A DNA stretch of 64,000 nt, taken from the NCBI RefSeq assembly GCF_009914755.1, contig NC_060935.1; one strand, 5' to 3'. Both the position numbers and the translations under genes were made by a program. Positions within the stretch are counted from its first letter, which is position 1. Each line of letters begins with the position of its first letter. This DNA is from the human T2T-CHM13v2.0 reference genome, Homo sapiens. Of the stretch, positions 47,328-64,000 are shown one piece after another. The notes under the pieces were generated by a model that searched no databases, had not been told where the DNA came from, and saw only the letters and a list, made by a program, of their open reading frames with translations.

Positions 47328-47891
47328 TGAGGAAAAGGACAAAGGCATTTTAATTCAGTGCATTTAGAAAAAATTAAGGCCTCCCCAAAGGCAAAATTAT
47401 TATCTATCACCTAAGGTGGGCAATGGGCTAGGATTTTCTATTAGATGAGGGTGATAACTTGGGAACAAGAGCATTACCTGGAAGCCAGACCTGGTTTTAT
47501 CAGCAACAGATTCAAATTTCCTGGGCAATGCATTTGAGTACTCCTGGAGTCCGTTTTCTTTTCTGTAGCATGAGCAAAGCGTCTCTGAACTTTCTGATCT
47601 CAAGATGATACGAGATTAAATGAGATCGTTTTGTAAAGAATAGTCCCATAGAAAACACAGGGCACACTGCGCTTCACTGTAGTGTCAGGCAGCAGGGCCC
47701 CCGCCTTAGATCCATGGGAGGAGACCTGACTTCCTGCCCTCCTTCTCAAAGGTGGCATCCAGGCTGGCTCAGTTCCTTCTATCAGGGTGGCTTAATAGTT
47801 GTCCTGGCTGTTTTCATTTGAGCAGGATAGGAAAATAATGTAGTGGGATTGTCCAAAAATCTAGATATGACTACAATTCTCCTTATTTGGC

Positions 47892-48127
47892 TTTTTTTTT
47901 TTTTTTTTTTTTTTAAGATACAGGGTCTCGCTCTGTTGCCCGGGCTGGAGTACAGTGTCACAATCACAACCCACTGCAGCCTTGACCTCTGAGGCTCAAG
48001 CGATCCTCCCATCTCAGCCTCCTGAGTAGCTGGGACCACAGGTGTGTGCCACCATGCCGGCCTAATTTTTTAATTTTTTTGTAGAGATGCGGTCTCCCCT
48101 ATGTTGCCTAGGCTGGTCTCAAACTCT
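47892..48127 (-). mobile_element. 5'-truncated AluJ
   Basis: Reverse Alu ending at CTCAAACTC. Confidence 0.85.
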
Positions 48128-48409
48128 TGGGTTTATTTGGTATTTTTAAAGGATATTTAGAGTCACAAGAGAGAGTTATCTTTTTTTATAGACCAGTCTT
48201 CTTGCAGGATAAGGGACACGAGAAAAATCCTACTCTCACACAACTTCTGATCACAACTTTCATGTGGGACCTGGAGATTTCTGTCTTATTGCACTGTTAT
48301 GAAGACAAGGTCAGAATATATGTAAAGTGCTCATAGCAGGGCTCATAGCAGTGCCTGACCAGGGAGTACTCCATGAGGGTCAGCTCTACGAGAAGCAGAT
48401 TCACACGGA

Positions 48410-49350
48410 ATAGGCCCACCCCTAACATCGTGGCCTGAGGCAAGACTACATCTGAAAGCCCACTTACCTCTGAATATTTAAAGTTCTGAATTGGAAAACA
48501 AATTGTTCATTAAATATGTCCTATTCTACTTTAACACATAGATCTGTATAACGACCTGGAAGGCCCAGTTTAAAATGAGAATTATTGGACCCCTTGGAGT
48601 TGTGTGTCAAAACACACACAGCCAGGCGTGCTGGCTCACTCCTTTAATCCCAGCACTTTGGGAGTCTGCGGCAGGTGGATCACTTGAGGCCAGGAGTTCA
48701 AGACCAACCTGGCCAACATGGTGAAACCCTGTCTCTACTAGAAATACAAAAATTAGTTGGACATGGTGGTACACACCTGTAATTACAGCTACTTGGGAGG
48801 CTGAGGCACGAGAATCACTTGAGCTGGTGAGGCAGAAGTTGCAGAGAGCTGAGACTGCACCACTGCACTCCAGCCTGGGTGACAGCGAGACTCTGTCTCA
48901 AAAAAAAACAACAACATGGGTTGTGGGGAGAGCTGGCTTTTGGCTCCTTATGCCCCAGCCTGCAGCCTTCTCCCTTCCCTTTTCACTTCTGGCTCTGACT
49001 TGCCTGCGAGGGCAGTGTAGCCACACATTGGAGCTCCCTCCTACTCCCTGCAGTCACCCCTGCACCCCCTCTTGGTTCCAGCAGTGCACAGCTGGGGTGC
49101 AATGCCACTCTCCGGGGATGGGCTTAAGAAAGGAGCCTGTGGAGGCCCTAGAAGCAGGTTTGGGGCTATTTGCATAGAGAATACTGGGAGCAGGGGTACC
49201 TGGCATGGGATTCAGCTGGTCATGGCTTCTTGGCCCACAGACTTCTCTCCCCATGGGAGCCAGATGGGAAGCCAGAGTGTGGGATCCCCTGGAGCATGGG
49301 GCACAGAATGGGAACCCCTCCTTGACTGGGTCTAAGGGCTGTACTGGCTG
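48410..49350 (+). mobile_element. MER45-like hAT-Tip100 DNA transposon interrupted by AluS (48620-48908, +)
   Basis: GGCAAGACTACA..GCCCAC..AATATTTAAAGTT...ATAACGACCTGGAAGGCC..GAGAATT..GGAC.CCTTGGAGTT. Confidence 0.6.
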
Positions 49351-49379
49351 GTGTTTTAGAGCATTTCCATTGTAGGAGA

Positions 49380-49610
49380 TAGACTGCCTGGGATTACATC
49401 CTGGTTTCTGCACTTTATGGAGTGGTGAAACCAGAATTTAACTGGGTGGTTTACCTAAAACCTCTGTGCCAAAATTTCCTCATCTATAAAACAGGGGTGA
49501 TGGTAGGAGTACTCACCCCATAGGGTTGTTATGAGGATTAAATGAGTGAATATCTGTAAAAGCACTTTGAAATGTGCTTTGTTTGCATACACAGCGTGCT
49601 ATAGGTATTC
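49380..49610 (+). mobile_element. MIR SINE
   Basis: AGACTGCCTGGG...CTCTGTGCC..TTTCCTCATCTATAAAA..GGGTTGTTATGAGGATTAAATGAG. Confidence 0.8.
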
Positions 49611-50029
49611 ATGTCCACACCTCCTTCTTTTAAAAAAACAATTCTTGACCTAGTCTAAGCATAATAGTCAATGTCTCATTCCTGCTTCTGCTTGCAGAAA
49701 GGAAGACAGGAAGGAAACAAACAGTGATTTCACACAATGGTTCTAAAATTGCCTTCTAAGGTGTGAATTTAGTTAGTTAGTTTTTTTTTTTTTTTCTTTT
49801 CAATGTTTGGAAAGAGACTACACTGCCCAAAAGGCATTCTGGTGTATCCAAATAGGAAACCCCATAGAGAGGGGTGAGAGCACTTGTATGTACGGTGGCA
49901 GGAAGTAGATGGTGCAGTATTTTCTCAAGATCATTAAGCACACAAAAGGGTCCCATCTGTTTGGGACACATCAAACTTTTGTCCAGTTTGAAGGCAGAGG
50001 ATGAGATGGAACGATTTTTTGTTAAATTA

Positions 50030-50810
50030 TGGTTTTTTAAAAAATTCACATAATGTAAAATTTACCATGTTACCATTTTCAAATGTATAGTTCAGAAGTG
50101 TTCAGTGTATTTACATCATTGTACAACCAATCTCCAGGACTTTTTCATCTTGTAAAACTGAAACTGTGTATCTATTAAACTTTACACAACTCCCCTGCCT
50201 TAGTCCATTTGTGTTGCTATAAGGGAATACCTGAGACTGGACAATTTATAAAGAAAAGAGCTTTATTTGGCTCGTGGTTCTGTAGGCTGTACAAGAAGTA
50301 TGACACTGGCATCTGCTCAGCTTCTGGTGAGGGCTTCAGGGAGCTTCCACTCATGGTGGAAGGCGAAGGGGAGCAGGCATCACTTGGCAAGAGAGAAGGA
50401 AACAGAGGGGAGAAAGGCGCCAGGCTCATTTCAACATCAGTTCTCAAGAAAACTAATTGAGAGAGAACTCACAGATTATCACAAGGACAGCACCAAGACA
50501 TTCATGAGGGATCCACTCCCATGACCCAAACACTTCCCACCAGACCCCACCTCTGATATTGGACATCAAATGTCAACATGAGGTTTGGAAGGGACAAATA
50601 TCCAAACCACATCATCTCCCTTCCCCGTTCTCTCCAGCTACTGGCAACTACCGTTCTACTTTCTGTGTTTGTGAATTGAAGTACTTTAGATACCTCATAT
50701 AAGTGGAATCATACAGTATTTGTTCTTCCATGACTGGCTTATTTCACTTAGCCTAATGTCTTCAAGGTTTATCCATGTTGCAGCATATGACATGAAATCA
50801 TTTTCCAAGT
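50030..50810 (-). mobile_element. L1MB-type 3' end with nested MST LTR (about 50195-50613)
   Basis: CACATAATGTAAAATTTACC...ACCTCATATAAGTGGAATCATACAG; nested TTAGTCCATTTGTGTTGCTATAAGGGAATACCTGAGACTGG. Confidence 0.75.
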
Positions 50811-51091
50811 GTCTTTCCAGCTTGGAGTTGGTAACTGGAAACCTCTAGATGATGGAGAAGTGAAAGAGATGGAAACAGACAACACAGCATCAGAACCCAG
50901 CATCTGAGATGGATCCAAAGAGTTTGCTTTCCTCTTGGGAGCAGAGCCCCTCACCTTAATGACCATGTGCTTGTGATCTGATGACAACTGCATTGTTAGA
51001 CAATGAATCATTTTTTAATGGTTTCTCAGATTTATCTGGGCAAGTTGGCAAGGAAAATGTAGAACTACAGATATTTTTTAAATTAAAAAAT

Positions 51092-51229
51092 TATTTTTAT
51101 TTTTATTTTGGTAGGGATAGGGTCTTGTTATATTGTCCAGCCTGGTCTCAAACTCCTAGCCTCCAGTGATCCTCTCACCTCAGCCTCCCAAAGTATTGGG
51201 ATTATAGGCATCAGCCGCTACACCAAGCC
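51092..51229 (-). mobile_element. FLAM / Alu monomer
   Basis: Single reverse left monomer. Confidence 0.75.
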
Positions 51230-51816
51230 AGAACTATAGGGTATAAATTTGATATAAATATAAAAATAGTTCTACTGACATTTAAATTATTCTCAATCTC
51301 CTATTAGGCTAGAGAAGGCTGTTGTCAAATTCAGAAAATTTCAAATGAGCATTGAGTCCCATGGCAGTACTTGAAATAATCATAAACCTTCAAATCATAA
51401 TTTGCTTGAAATGTTTTGGTCAATCCCTCTTACGTAAAGTTTTCCTTGATCCCTGCCTTCACAGAGATCTGTCCTCAGATGCCTTGTCTTAGTAAACTTT
51501 TAATTAGTGTGTCTGTTGTTTTCCTAAATGGATTGAAAGGGCAGGAAGCATATATTATACTTATTTTATCTTTCTCCATGTATTTTGTTGAATGAATGAA
51601 TGAATAATGAATTCAGATTGTGAAATGCCTTAACATTACAGTTGTATAATACTGCTCTGCTAATAGAATAGAAATGCTCCATTTTGATGATTTGGAATTT
51701 TCCTTGAGGTCATTGTTCATAAACTTACTAATAAATGTTAGAATCCCAGAAAGCTTACTTAAGAGGGACCTATTGAAGGTAATGGAAAATGCCATCATTC
51801 AAGAAGAAGGAAATAG

Positions 51817-53197
<1,381 letters not shown>

Positions 53198-53536
53198 AAA
53201 TCTCATTTATTTTTATAATAATCTGTTCATCCATACGTTTTCTCACAGCATCATTTACTCAACCAATATTTACATAGCACCTATTATTATGCCATTGTGC
53301 CCTAGCATATAATAGGGTTGCAGAGATGAATGGGACATTAACTGTTAAAGTCTACAATCTCAGCCTTCTAGGAGATCAGACATGATAACAATTGATATGA
53401 TACAATGAACATAAAAATACAGGTGGCATAAGAAAGATGTAAATATTTTCTCTAAGTGCAGAGGAAGAAAAGTTGACTCCCAACAGTGGGCATTGTGGTA
53501 GGGGGATCAGAAAAGCTTTATGAAAGAGCTGGCGTG

Positions 53537-54245
53537 AGTTAGAATGGCTATTATTAAAAAGTCAGGAAACAACAGATGCTGGCGAGGCTGTGGAGAAATA
53601 GGAACACTTTTACACTGTTGGTGGGAGTGTAAGTTAGTTCAACCATTGTTGAAGACTTCCTCAAGGATCTAGAACCAGAAATACCATTTGACCAGCAATC
53701 CCATTACTGGGTATATATCCAAAAGATTATAAATCATTCTACTATACAGACACATGCACATGTATGTTTACTGCAGCACTATTTACAATAGCAAAGACTT
53801 GGAACCAACCCAAATGCCCATCAATGATAGACTGGATAAAGAAAATGTGGCACGTATACACAATGGAATACTATACAGCCATAAAAAAGAATGAGTTCAT
53901 GTCCTTTGCAGGGACATGGATGAAGCTGGAAGGCATCATTCTCAGAAAACTAACACAGGAACAGAAAACCAAACACAGCATCTTCTCACTCATAAGTGGG
54001 AGTTGAACCATGAGAACACATGGACACAGGGAGGGGAACATTAAACTGCAGGGCCTGTCGGGGGGTAGGGGACAAGGGGAGGGAGAGCATTAGGACAAAC
54101 ACCTGATGCATGCAGGGCTTAAAACCTAGATGACGGGCTGATAGGGGCAGCAAACCACCATGGTACGTGTATACCTATATAACAAACCTGCACATTCTCC
54201 ACATGTATCCCAAAACTTAAAGTTAAAAAAAGAAAAAAAAAAAAA
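53537..54245 (+). mobile_element. 5'-truncated L1PA (PA7/PA8-like): ORF2 C-terminus, 3' UTR and poly(A)
   Basis: ORF 53764-54006 reads as L1 ORF2p C-terminus (FTIAKTWNQPKCPS...); 15-bp TSD GAAAGAGCTGGC(G/A)TG. Confidence 0.92.
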
Positions 54246-55551
54246 GAAAGAGCTGGCATGGAAGAGGGCTTCTAGGCTGACACGTGGGTGAGCAGTACGT
54301 GGTAAGGGCTCCAGCCAAAGGAACGTTGTTCTCTAACAAAGCTCTAGCCAAAGTCCATGGGCTGAGACTGGAGTACGGTAGGTTTCCTGTTCCCTGAAGA
54401 AAACCTGAACATTGTGAAAAGACAAAGCGGCAGTAAATGCCATTGTGTGAGCAAAACTACACATGCCCTCTGCAGTGACATTTTAAAGGTGTCTTAAGAG
54501 GTCAGAACTATTGTGAATAACAAGAAGAACAACAACAAAAAAACCCAAACACAAAACAGTAAGAGACCTTTATAAGTCTAGCGCATTTTCCAATCTAAAG
54601 AATCTGAATGGCCCCAGGGATAGTCCCTGTGTTTATATCACTCAGCGCATCCTTACCAAGGGCCTCCAGCTGGGCAGGCACCATTGTAGAGGCTGCCCTA
54701 CCGAGAGCAGGCACAGAGACCACCACAACCACGCTGCTACCACCCCAGCAAGGCAAGGACAATCGACTTCATGAAGCTCGCTTTTGGCTTCTAGGATAGA
54801 GTTGGGGTCTTGGCAGAGAAGACAGACAGGTGGTCAAGACAGAGAAGAATGTAGGGGCATAAAGAAGAGAAATAGAGAAAAGAATAGAGAAGGGAAGGAC
54901 TTCCAGACATTCATCCATGTCGGACTTACTCCAGTTTGTCGAAAAGTAAACCACCAAGAAAAGGTCAGGAATCTTTAACAGAGGACTCGGGAGGCTACAC
55001 AGGTTTCTGATTGTCTAATGGCAAGATGGCTTATTTTTTAGAATTGACACCTAAATCCTTTCCCAAATGTTGCAGGTAGACCGAGGAGACTCCATGTGAA
55101 AAGCACTAAGAGAGGATTCAGAGGAGTGTGGATGTCTGTGCAGAGTCTTGAAGAATGAGTTGAGGGCACGGGCTCATTCCAGGAAGCAAAGCTTCATAGC
55201 ATGAGCAGTAATTGTGATTTAGTGATATGGTTCAAAGATTCTCTACAACAAATAACCCCATGCGGGAAAAAGCCTCATCTCCCAGCAACAACCAACCTTT
55301 GCAACTTAAGGGCAGTGCAGAGCCAAGCTGTAGCAGCACTATTTCATAATTCTTCCCCTTACTAGTAAGTAACGTTTATTTATCGCTCCCTCTCTCTTCA
55401 AACATTGTAGTCTTTCCCTTCCTGCCTGCAAATCTACAACTCCCCCTCCAAGGGAAGAATGGTGCTGTGGGATGGAGGAAAGAACTTCGGTTTTAAAATC
55501 AGACCGAAGTGTGTTTGCTGCTGGCCTTGCCTCCTATTCACTTGTAATCTT

Positions 55552-55856
55552 TCTCCCCAACCCCCACCCCCCAACAAAAATGGAGTCTTGCTCTGTTGCC
55601 CAGGCTGGAGAGCTATGGCGTGATCTCGGCTCACCACAACCTCCAGCTCCTGGGTTCAAGCAATTCTCCTGCCCCAGACTCCCAAGTAGCTGGGATTACA
55701 GGCTTGCACCACCACGCCTGGCTAATTTTTGTATTTTTAGTAGAGACAGGGTTTCAGCATGTTGGCCAGGCTGGTCTCAAACTCCTGAACTTGTGATCCG
55801 CCCACCTTGGCGTCCCAAAATGCTGGGATTATAGATGTGAACCACCGTGCCTGGCC
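55552..55856 (-). mobile_element. AluS with atypical G-rich tail
   Basis: 15-bp TSD TTCACTTGTAATCTT (55537-55551 / 55857-55871). Confidence 0.9.
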
Positions 55857-56018
55857 TTCACTTGTAATCTTAAGCAAGCTATTTCACTTCTGTGGGTCTC
55901 CGTTTTCTTACCTGTGAATTGGGACTAATACAACTCCTTGGATTGCTGTAATAATAAAATGAGGTGGCGCATGAAAAAAAACAGCTCTTAAAAAAGGCAT
56001 GCAATACATGTTAGTTTC

Positions 56019-56900
56019 TGAAGAGGATCAGGATATGCCACCCCCAAATATGCCACTTTTGGAGGGTTATTTTGAGCCAAAGGCAATTGAGGATCAACAG
56101 ATGTAGCAAGAGTTTCCTGCCCTTCACTTATCCATCTAAAAGCAGGGCGTAAATTTATCTTTGAGAAGGTGGCATAAATTTCCCTAATGATGGTGTCCCC
56201 TTCTCCTGGCACCAGGAAGAGGAGAGTGACTCTTATCAGAGAGATGGAGAGTCGGCACTGAGAGAAGTCTGCATACAAAAACTTTACTAAAATAACTCTA
56301 ATCTTCCATTAGTTCTCCCACATATTCTTAGTCACTTACTCCTGCTTTCACATCCCTTGAAACTCAAACTTCCTTTTCTTCGTTTAAAATGGTATGTAAG
56401 CCCCAGAATCTAACCACTCTTTCCCTCCCTCCCTCTTTCCTTTCTTTCTCTCTCCCTCTTTCTTTCCTTCTTTCTTTCTTTCTCTTTCTTTCTTTCTTTC
56501 TCTTTCTTTCTTTCCTTCCTTCCTTCCTTCTTACTTTCTTTCTTTTTCTTTCTCTCTCTCTTTCTCCTTCCTTCCTTCCTTCCTTCCTTCCTTCCTTCCT
56601 TCCTTCCTTCCTTCCTTCCTTCCTTCCTTCTCTCTCTCTCTTTCCTTTCCTCCTGGACTTGAACTCCTGGATTCAAGAGATCCTTCCACTTCAACCTACA
56701 AAGTAGCTGGGACTACAGGCACAAGCCATAGCGCCTGGCTTCTAACTACTTCTTTGAGCTTCATTTCTTTTCTAGTAACTCCCATTCATGTAAATATTAG
56801 TAAACATTGCGTGCTTTTTCTCCTGTTAATCTGTTGTTCAATTTGCAGGCCTCTAGTTACTGAACATAAGGGTAGAGGAAAAGTTTTTTCTCCCTGATGT
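56019..56900 (+). mobile_element. MER34-family ERV1 LTR interrupted by an Alu fragment and (CTTT/CCTT)n at 56420-56740
   Basis: TCAGGATATGCCACCCCCAAATATGCCACTTTTGG..TTATTTTGAG.CAAAGGCAATTGAG; ends GGTAGAGGAAAAGTTTTTTCTCCC. Confidence 0.7.
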
Positions 56901-57361
56901 TTCCATCCCTCCCACATTCCTGAAAAGAAATAAAAAGCAACCTGGGGCAAAAGGGAGCTATCTTTTGCAGTCTATCACAGAGAGATGCATCACAGTTACA
57001 GTTATTCTCCAGTGTCTTGGGGCTGGGGATGTTTCCTGATTGTGAAGGAAGGTTAAAAAAAAAAAAAAAAAGCCTGGAGCTCATTAGAGTAGGTTATCTT
57101 CTACACACACACAGAGGAAATACAGAGGAAATACAGGCATGACCCACTTCGAGCAATCCTACTAATGCAAGACTGAAATTTGCCAGAAACAAATTAACCA
57201 GCCATTAGTTTATCTTTTTAGCATTTCCTCACTTTTCTAAAAAGGATTAACAGGAATAGAAAGGCAACTCTTTGTCAGTATTTATACGTAGGTACTGAAG
57301 TTGAATGGTGACAGACACTTGGGGCTGAAGTAGAATTAAACTTCAATTAGAAATGAAGATG

Positions 57362-57877
<516 letters not shown>

Positions 57878-58199
57878 CTAACAATATGGCAAATTACCAG
57901 TTTCCCAATGTAGCTCACACCACTCCTGCCAAAAACCTTCCTTCCTTTTCTCCATTTATCTATCATCAAAACCCTGGGTTCAACTTGCTCTTCCAGCCTC
58001 TGAATGGTATTTCCAGCAGGTGGTATCCCAAGTGAACTCCTTACTCAAATCCTTTAGAAGTGATTTCTTTCATGTTTGGGTTTGTACCTGATTTCCCCAA
58101 CTAAATAATCAATTTCTAAAATTTAGAAATTTTGTCTATTATGGGCATGCACTTGCATCTTCAGTGAATTGCACGTTGTGTGTATAAAAGCATATTGTT

Positions 58200-58483
58200 G
58201 GCCAGGAGCAGAGGCTTATGCCTGTTATTTCAGCACTTTGGGAGGCCAAGGTGGAAGGACTGCTTGAGGCCAGGAGTTTGAGACCAGCCCTTGCAACACA
58301 GTGAGACCGCGTCTCTACAAAAACTAGAAAAATTAGCTGGGTGTGGCGGTGCACACCTGTAGTCCAGGTTCTTGGGAGGATCGCTTGAGCCCAGGAAGTT
58401 GAGGCTGCAGTGAGCTATGATAACACCACTGCACTCCAGCCTGGGTGACAGAGCGAGACCATGTTTCAGAGAAAAAAAAAAAA
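58200..58483 (+). mobile_element. AluJ with small internal deletion
   Basis: J-type arms. Confidence 0.85.
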
Positions 58484-59724
58484 ACTGTATCATTGATAAT
58501 AAAAAGTAGATTTATGTGCAACTTTATAAGGATTTCATCTATTGTAAAAATAAAGGCTCATATGCACTGACATTTAATTCACCTGAAAACAGAAGAGAAA
58601 GGCCAGGATAAGAATATAATTGTGATGAAAATTTGAAGCTAAGAATCTGATCAGTGAGCAGGGGTTTTTTGAGGATCTATTACTACCATGTGCTTGTCAG
58701 TATTCTTTACCAGTAGCATAATATGTAGCGACCTCATAGCAACACTGCTTTAAATATAATCTTTTTCTGCAAAGGCTATACTTCCAGCCAGGGTGCTTGG
58801 CAAGATGTTTGCTGCCTGCTTTGCTGGCTAACCTAGGAACGAATTCTCTCTCTAACCTGAGTACCCCTCATTCCGTATCTTAGATTTTGGCTGACATCAG
58901 CATTATCTTTCTTGTCATCCTGATAGGGATGGGGAGAATTACATTTTTCTCTCTTTTGCAAGAAGAGTTGTTTCATGTTTGGCATACCTGCTGAAAAATT
59001 TTGGCTTATTATTATCCCCTCTGCTTGCCACCCCCTCCTTTTCTAGTTTAGATATTTTTTAATCCCCGCAAGCTTAGCATTAAATCCAATATCCTGACAG
59101 CAGTAGGTCAGAGCTATAGCTGCTTTAAATGGGCTACCACGGCACAACCTCATAAGTACAGAACTAAGGTACACATGGGAAACTCAGAATAATACAAAAT
59201 AAAGGCAAATAAGTGCTAAATTCTATGAAATAGACTCTGAAGTAAGAAAGGGGAAATGAGATTCATGACAGCCTCGGCAATAGGAAAAAATTCAAAAAGG
59301 AGTGTACGTAAGAACCTATTCTGAAGATAGACTGGGAAAACCATGAAAAGACAAATGCATTGCAGCACTATTTGCAATGCTAAAGCCTAGGATTGCACAA
59401 CACCAATAGGGGATTGGTTGGATAATCTGTGGCTCATCCACAGAATGGAATACTAAGCAGCTGTTGAAAGGAATGCAGACCATCTCTATATTTTGCTTGG
59501 AAATGATTTCCAGTAAATATTATTAATTGAAAACTGCAAGTCTCAGAAGAGCGAACATAAGATACTCTTTTCTCTAAGAAAGGGTGGATAATAGAAATAT
59601 TTACATATTTGTTTATATTTAAAGTAAAAATCAGGGGAAGGACAAACTTGCAAGTAAAAAATTGGTTACCTTTGGGGGGATGGAGGAGGCAGGAACATAG
59701 GCTAGACTTGTCTGAATGTACTTG

Positions 59725-60395
59725 TATTTGTTAACTATTGCCACAAAATAGATTAGTCAAAAAATTTAGTGGCTTAGAATAACAATAGTAGCATCTCACA
59801 CAAATTTTGAGGGTCAGGACTCCAGGAGCTGCTTAGCTGGGTGGTTTTGTCTCAGGGCATTTCATGAGATTGTGGTCAGGACATTGGTCTGAGTCTCAGT
59901 CATCTAAAGGTTTGACTGGGGCTAAAGAACCCACTTGCATAGTGGGTCACTCACCTGAGTTGCTTCCTTGTTGGCAGGAGGCCTCAGTTCCTCACCACAT
60001 GGACCTCTCAGACCCCATAGAGCTGCTTGAGCATCCTCATGACATGGCAGATGGCTGCTTCTATAACAAGTTATCCAAAAAAAGCAGGGAAAGCTGAAAC
60101 GCCTTTTATGACCTAGTCTTGGAAGTCACATACTGTCACTTGCATCTTATTTGTTAGAAGCAAGATACTGAACATGGGGTGGTTGTAATTCCGGCACTGT
60201 GGGAGGCTGAGGCAGGAGGATTGCGTGAGCCCAGGAGTTCAAGACCAGCTTGGGCAACATGGCAAGACCTTGCCTCTATTTAAAAAAGAAAACAAAACCA
60301 AAAAGATACTGAGTCCAGCCCACACTCAAAGGGAGGGGAATCAGGCTTTGCCTTTTTAAGGGTGTATTAAATAATTTGTGGACATATTTTACACC
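59725..60395 (-). mobile_element. MaLR LTR (MLT1E/F-like) with a FLAM insertion (60175-60303)
   Basis: TTAGTGGCTTAGAATAACAA...GGCCTCAGTTCCTCACCACATGGACCTCTC...CTTTTATGACCTAGTCTTGGAAGTCACA. Confidence 0.7.
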
Positions 60396-60589
60396 CCTAT
60401 AAAACCTAATTTTATATATTGAGTTTGGAACCATACTAATGATTTATATAATTATAAAAGCAAGTTAAATAAAATTGAACAAGAAACTGCAGTCCCTAAA
60501 CAGTGAAAACAAAACGAAAGCAATAAACCTAAGCATATATCAGGTTGATTGTTTAAATATAGAGAAATAAATACTTTCAATGACTTTAT

Positions 60590-61625
<1,036 letters not shown>

Positions 61626-61774
61626 TGCTTTAAAACAGAGGAATTGGACTGTACAATCTTAGAGGAATTTATCCAAAGGATAAATAGGATTGTAAATAAA
61701 TCTTAAACTGTTTTCAGTAGTTATAATATTACTAATAATATTAGTATTATTATTCTGAAACTATTAAGTATATT

Positions 61775-62628
<854 letters not shown>

Positions 62629-62810
62629 TGTATATATGTTTCAGAATATATATATATTGTGTTCTATACAGTAATACTATATTAGTACTACAGTACACAT
62701 ATTACATATGTGTATTAATATATATTACTATATTGGTATTATTCTGAAACTAAGTACATATATACATATGTATATATACATACACACATATACATGTGTA
62801 TATGTACCTC
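62629..62810. repeat. (TA)/(TACA)-rich low-complexity tract
   Basis: Alternating TA and CATATA repeats. Confidence 0.75.
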
Positions 62811-64000
62811 AAATAAATAATTATGGTAACATATTTAGGAACCAAGTCTTTCAGTAGAAGAGGAGAGATATAAATATAAAATTGAATGAGTCAAGTGGAA
62901 AATCCTGTAATCTTAAATTGGATTTAAAAAATTAATAAGTACTTAGGATGTATTTTCTTTAAAAATAAACATATTTCCTTGCTCTGCTCACTGAAAACGC
63001 CTGCAAGCCATGACTAACCCCAAAATAATAACCTTATCCTCAGATTGTGTTCTCTAAATAGAATTTCTAACTCAAGAAAGCCATGCCTCCTTGGATAAAT
63101 GATTATTTCAAGGCTGGGACAGGAAACATTGAAGGGGTCCTGGAACATTCTATTGTACTGGAAAGCGTGGAGCTATCACTGACCACAAGCATTGCCATCA
63201 AAAAGATCCAGGTGCCCACTTCAGTGTCCTCCCACTGGTCAAAGATGGGACAATTTTAACATAATGGCAACAATAATGATAATAGTAATAACTGCGATGC
63301 CACACCAAATATATTAAAATCTACAAGTTCATAATGCTAAAAAATGTGCAAATAAATACAACTAAATGAACACCTTTGTAAAATGCTAAGGAACCCACGC
63401 ATTGTGAAAACTGGTAAAGAAGAAAACTGAAGGCAAAGAAGTAAGTATTCGTTTTGCTTTTCCTGTTTAGACTGTAACTCAGAAATGTCAGCTAATTAAT
63501 GCAAAAGGAATATGACAACTAGAATATTACCATTTTGCAACCCGTAATAAAAAAACATCCAATTTCAGGCTAGAGCTTGAAGTCTACAGGGCAGGCAGCT
63601 GGAACTGGGGGATGGATGTAAATTGTGGAGAGCAAAACAAGCAGGAATTCATGAATTTGGACTGAGAGCTATGTCAGTTCTCTGATGTTGATGGTCTGGG
63701 TGTCCTGCAGAAGCCAGGGCTCTTTGCCCTGGGCTAAGCACACACACTAGCCCAAGTTGGGGAGAAGCTGAAGGAGTATGCAGGGGAAGGTGAGGGAGCT
63801 GCAGGCCAGCTGTGCCTCATGCCCACCAGAGGGGCCAGCAGATGTGCCCTGCATGTGTGACCTACCAAATGGCTACTGCCTCACTTCCATCTTCCAAAGC
63901 TCCCAAGAATCCCCCCACAGCTCATCTTAGCCAGAAACATATGGGAAAAGGGAACTCTGGGAAATACGGTCTGATCTAGCCAGGTAGACGTGTTAAAAAA

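Noticed and set aside
53764-54006. L1 ORF2 C-terminal ORF as a functional CDS
   Set aside because: Remnant of a 0.7-kb 5'-truncated L1 with an upstream deletion; non-autonomous.
63820-63840. CCACCAGAGGGGCC as a third CTCF site
   Set aside because: 3' half deviates from the GGCRS core and it sits in probable old repeat sequence; too weak.

Overview
Primate genomic DNA, almost certainly human: it carries a near-consensus AluYa5. The window is non-coding and dominated by interspersed repeats: about 48 Alu copies or fragments, MIR, L2, CR1 and L1 remnants, hAT DNA transposons (MER20, MER5A, MER45-like), MaLR LTRs and several solo ERV LTRs (MER9/HML-3, MER41B, LTR5A-like/HML-2, MER21, MER34-like, LTR16-like). 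I find no credible protein-coding exon, tRNA, rRNA or CRISPR array. The listed ORFs are repeat-derived, low-complexity or random. I cannot name the locus from sequence alone. The most notable structure is an LTR-dense block at about 30.6-36.9 kb. There a full-length MER41B keeps both tandem STAT1/GAS motifs about 0.9 kb upstream of a unique CpG-enriched island. That island has a TATA box, GC box, consensus CTCF site and splice donor, making it a candidate interferon-responsive enhancer/lncRNA promoter. Other points: a patchwork micro-duplication in an MLT1A LTR that creates a cluster of nuclear-receptor half-sites, two ERV LTRs inserted at almost the same position of two Alus, candidate non-coding exons on both strands, and a 49-bp triplication in an MST LTR. 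Repeat subfamily calls come from recalled consensus features, not a RepeatMasker run, and boundaries of old repeats are approximate. I found no demonstrably new biological system; the regulatory ideas are testable hypotheses.
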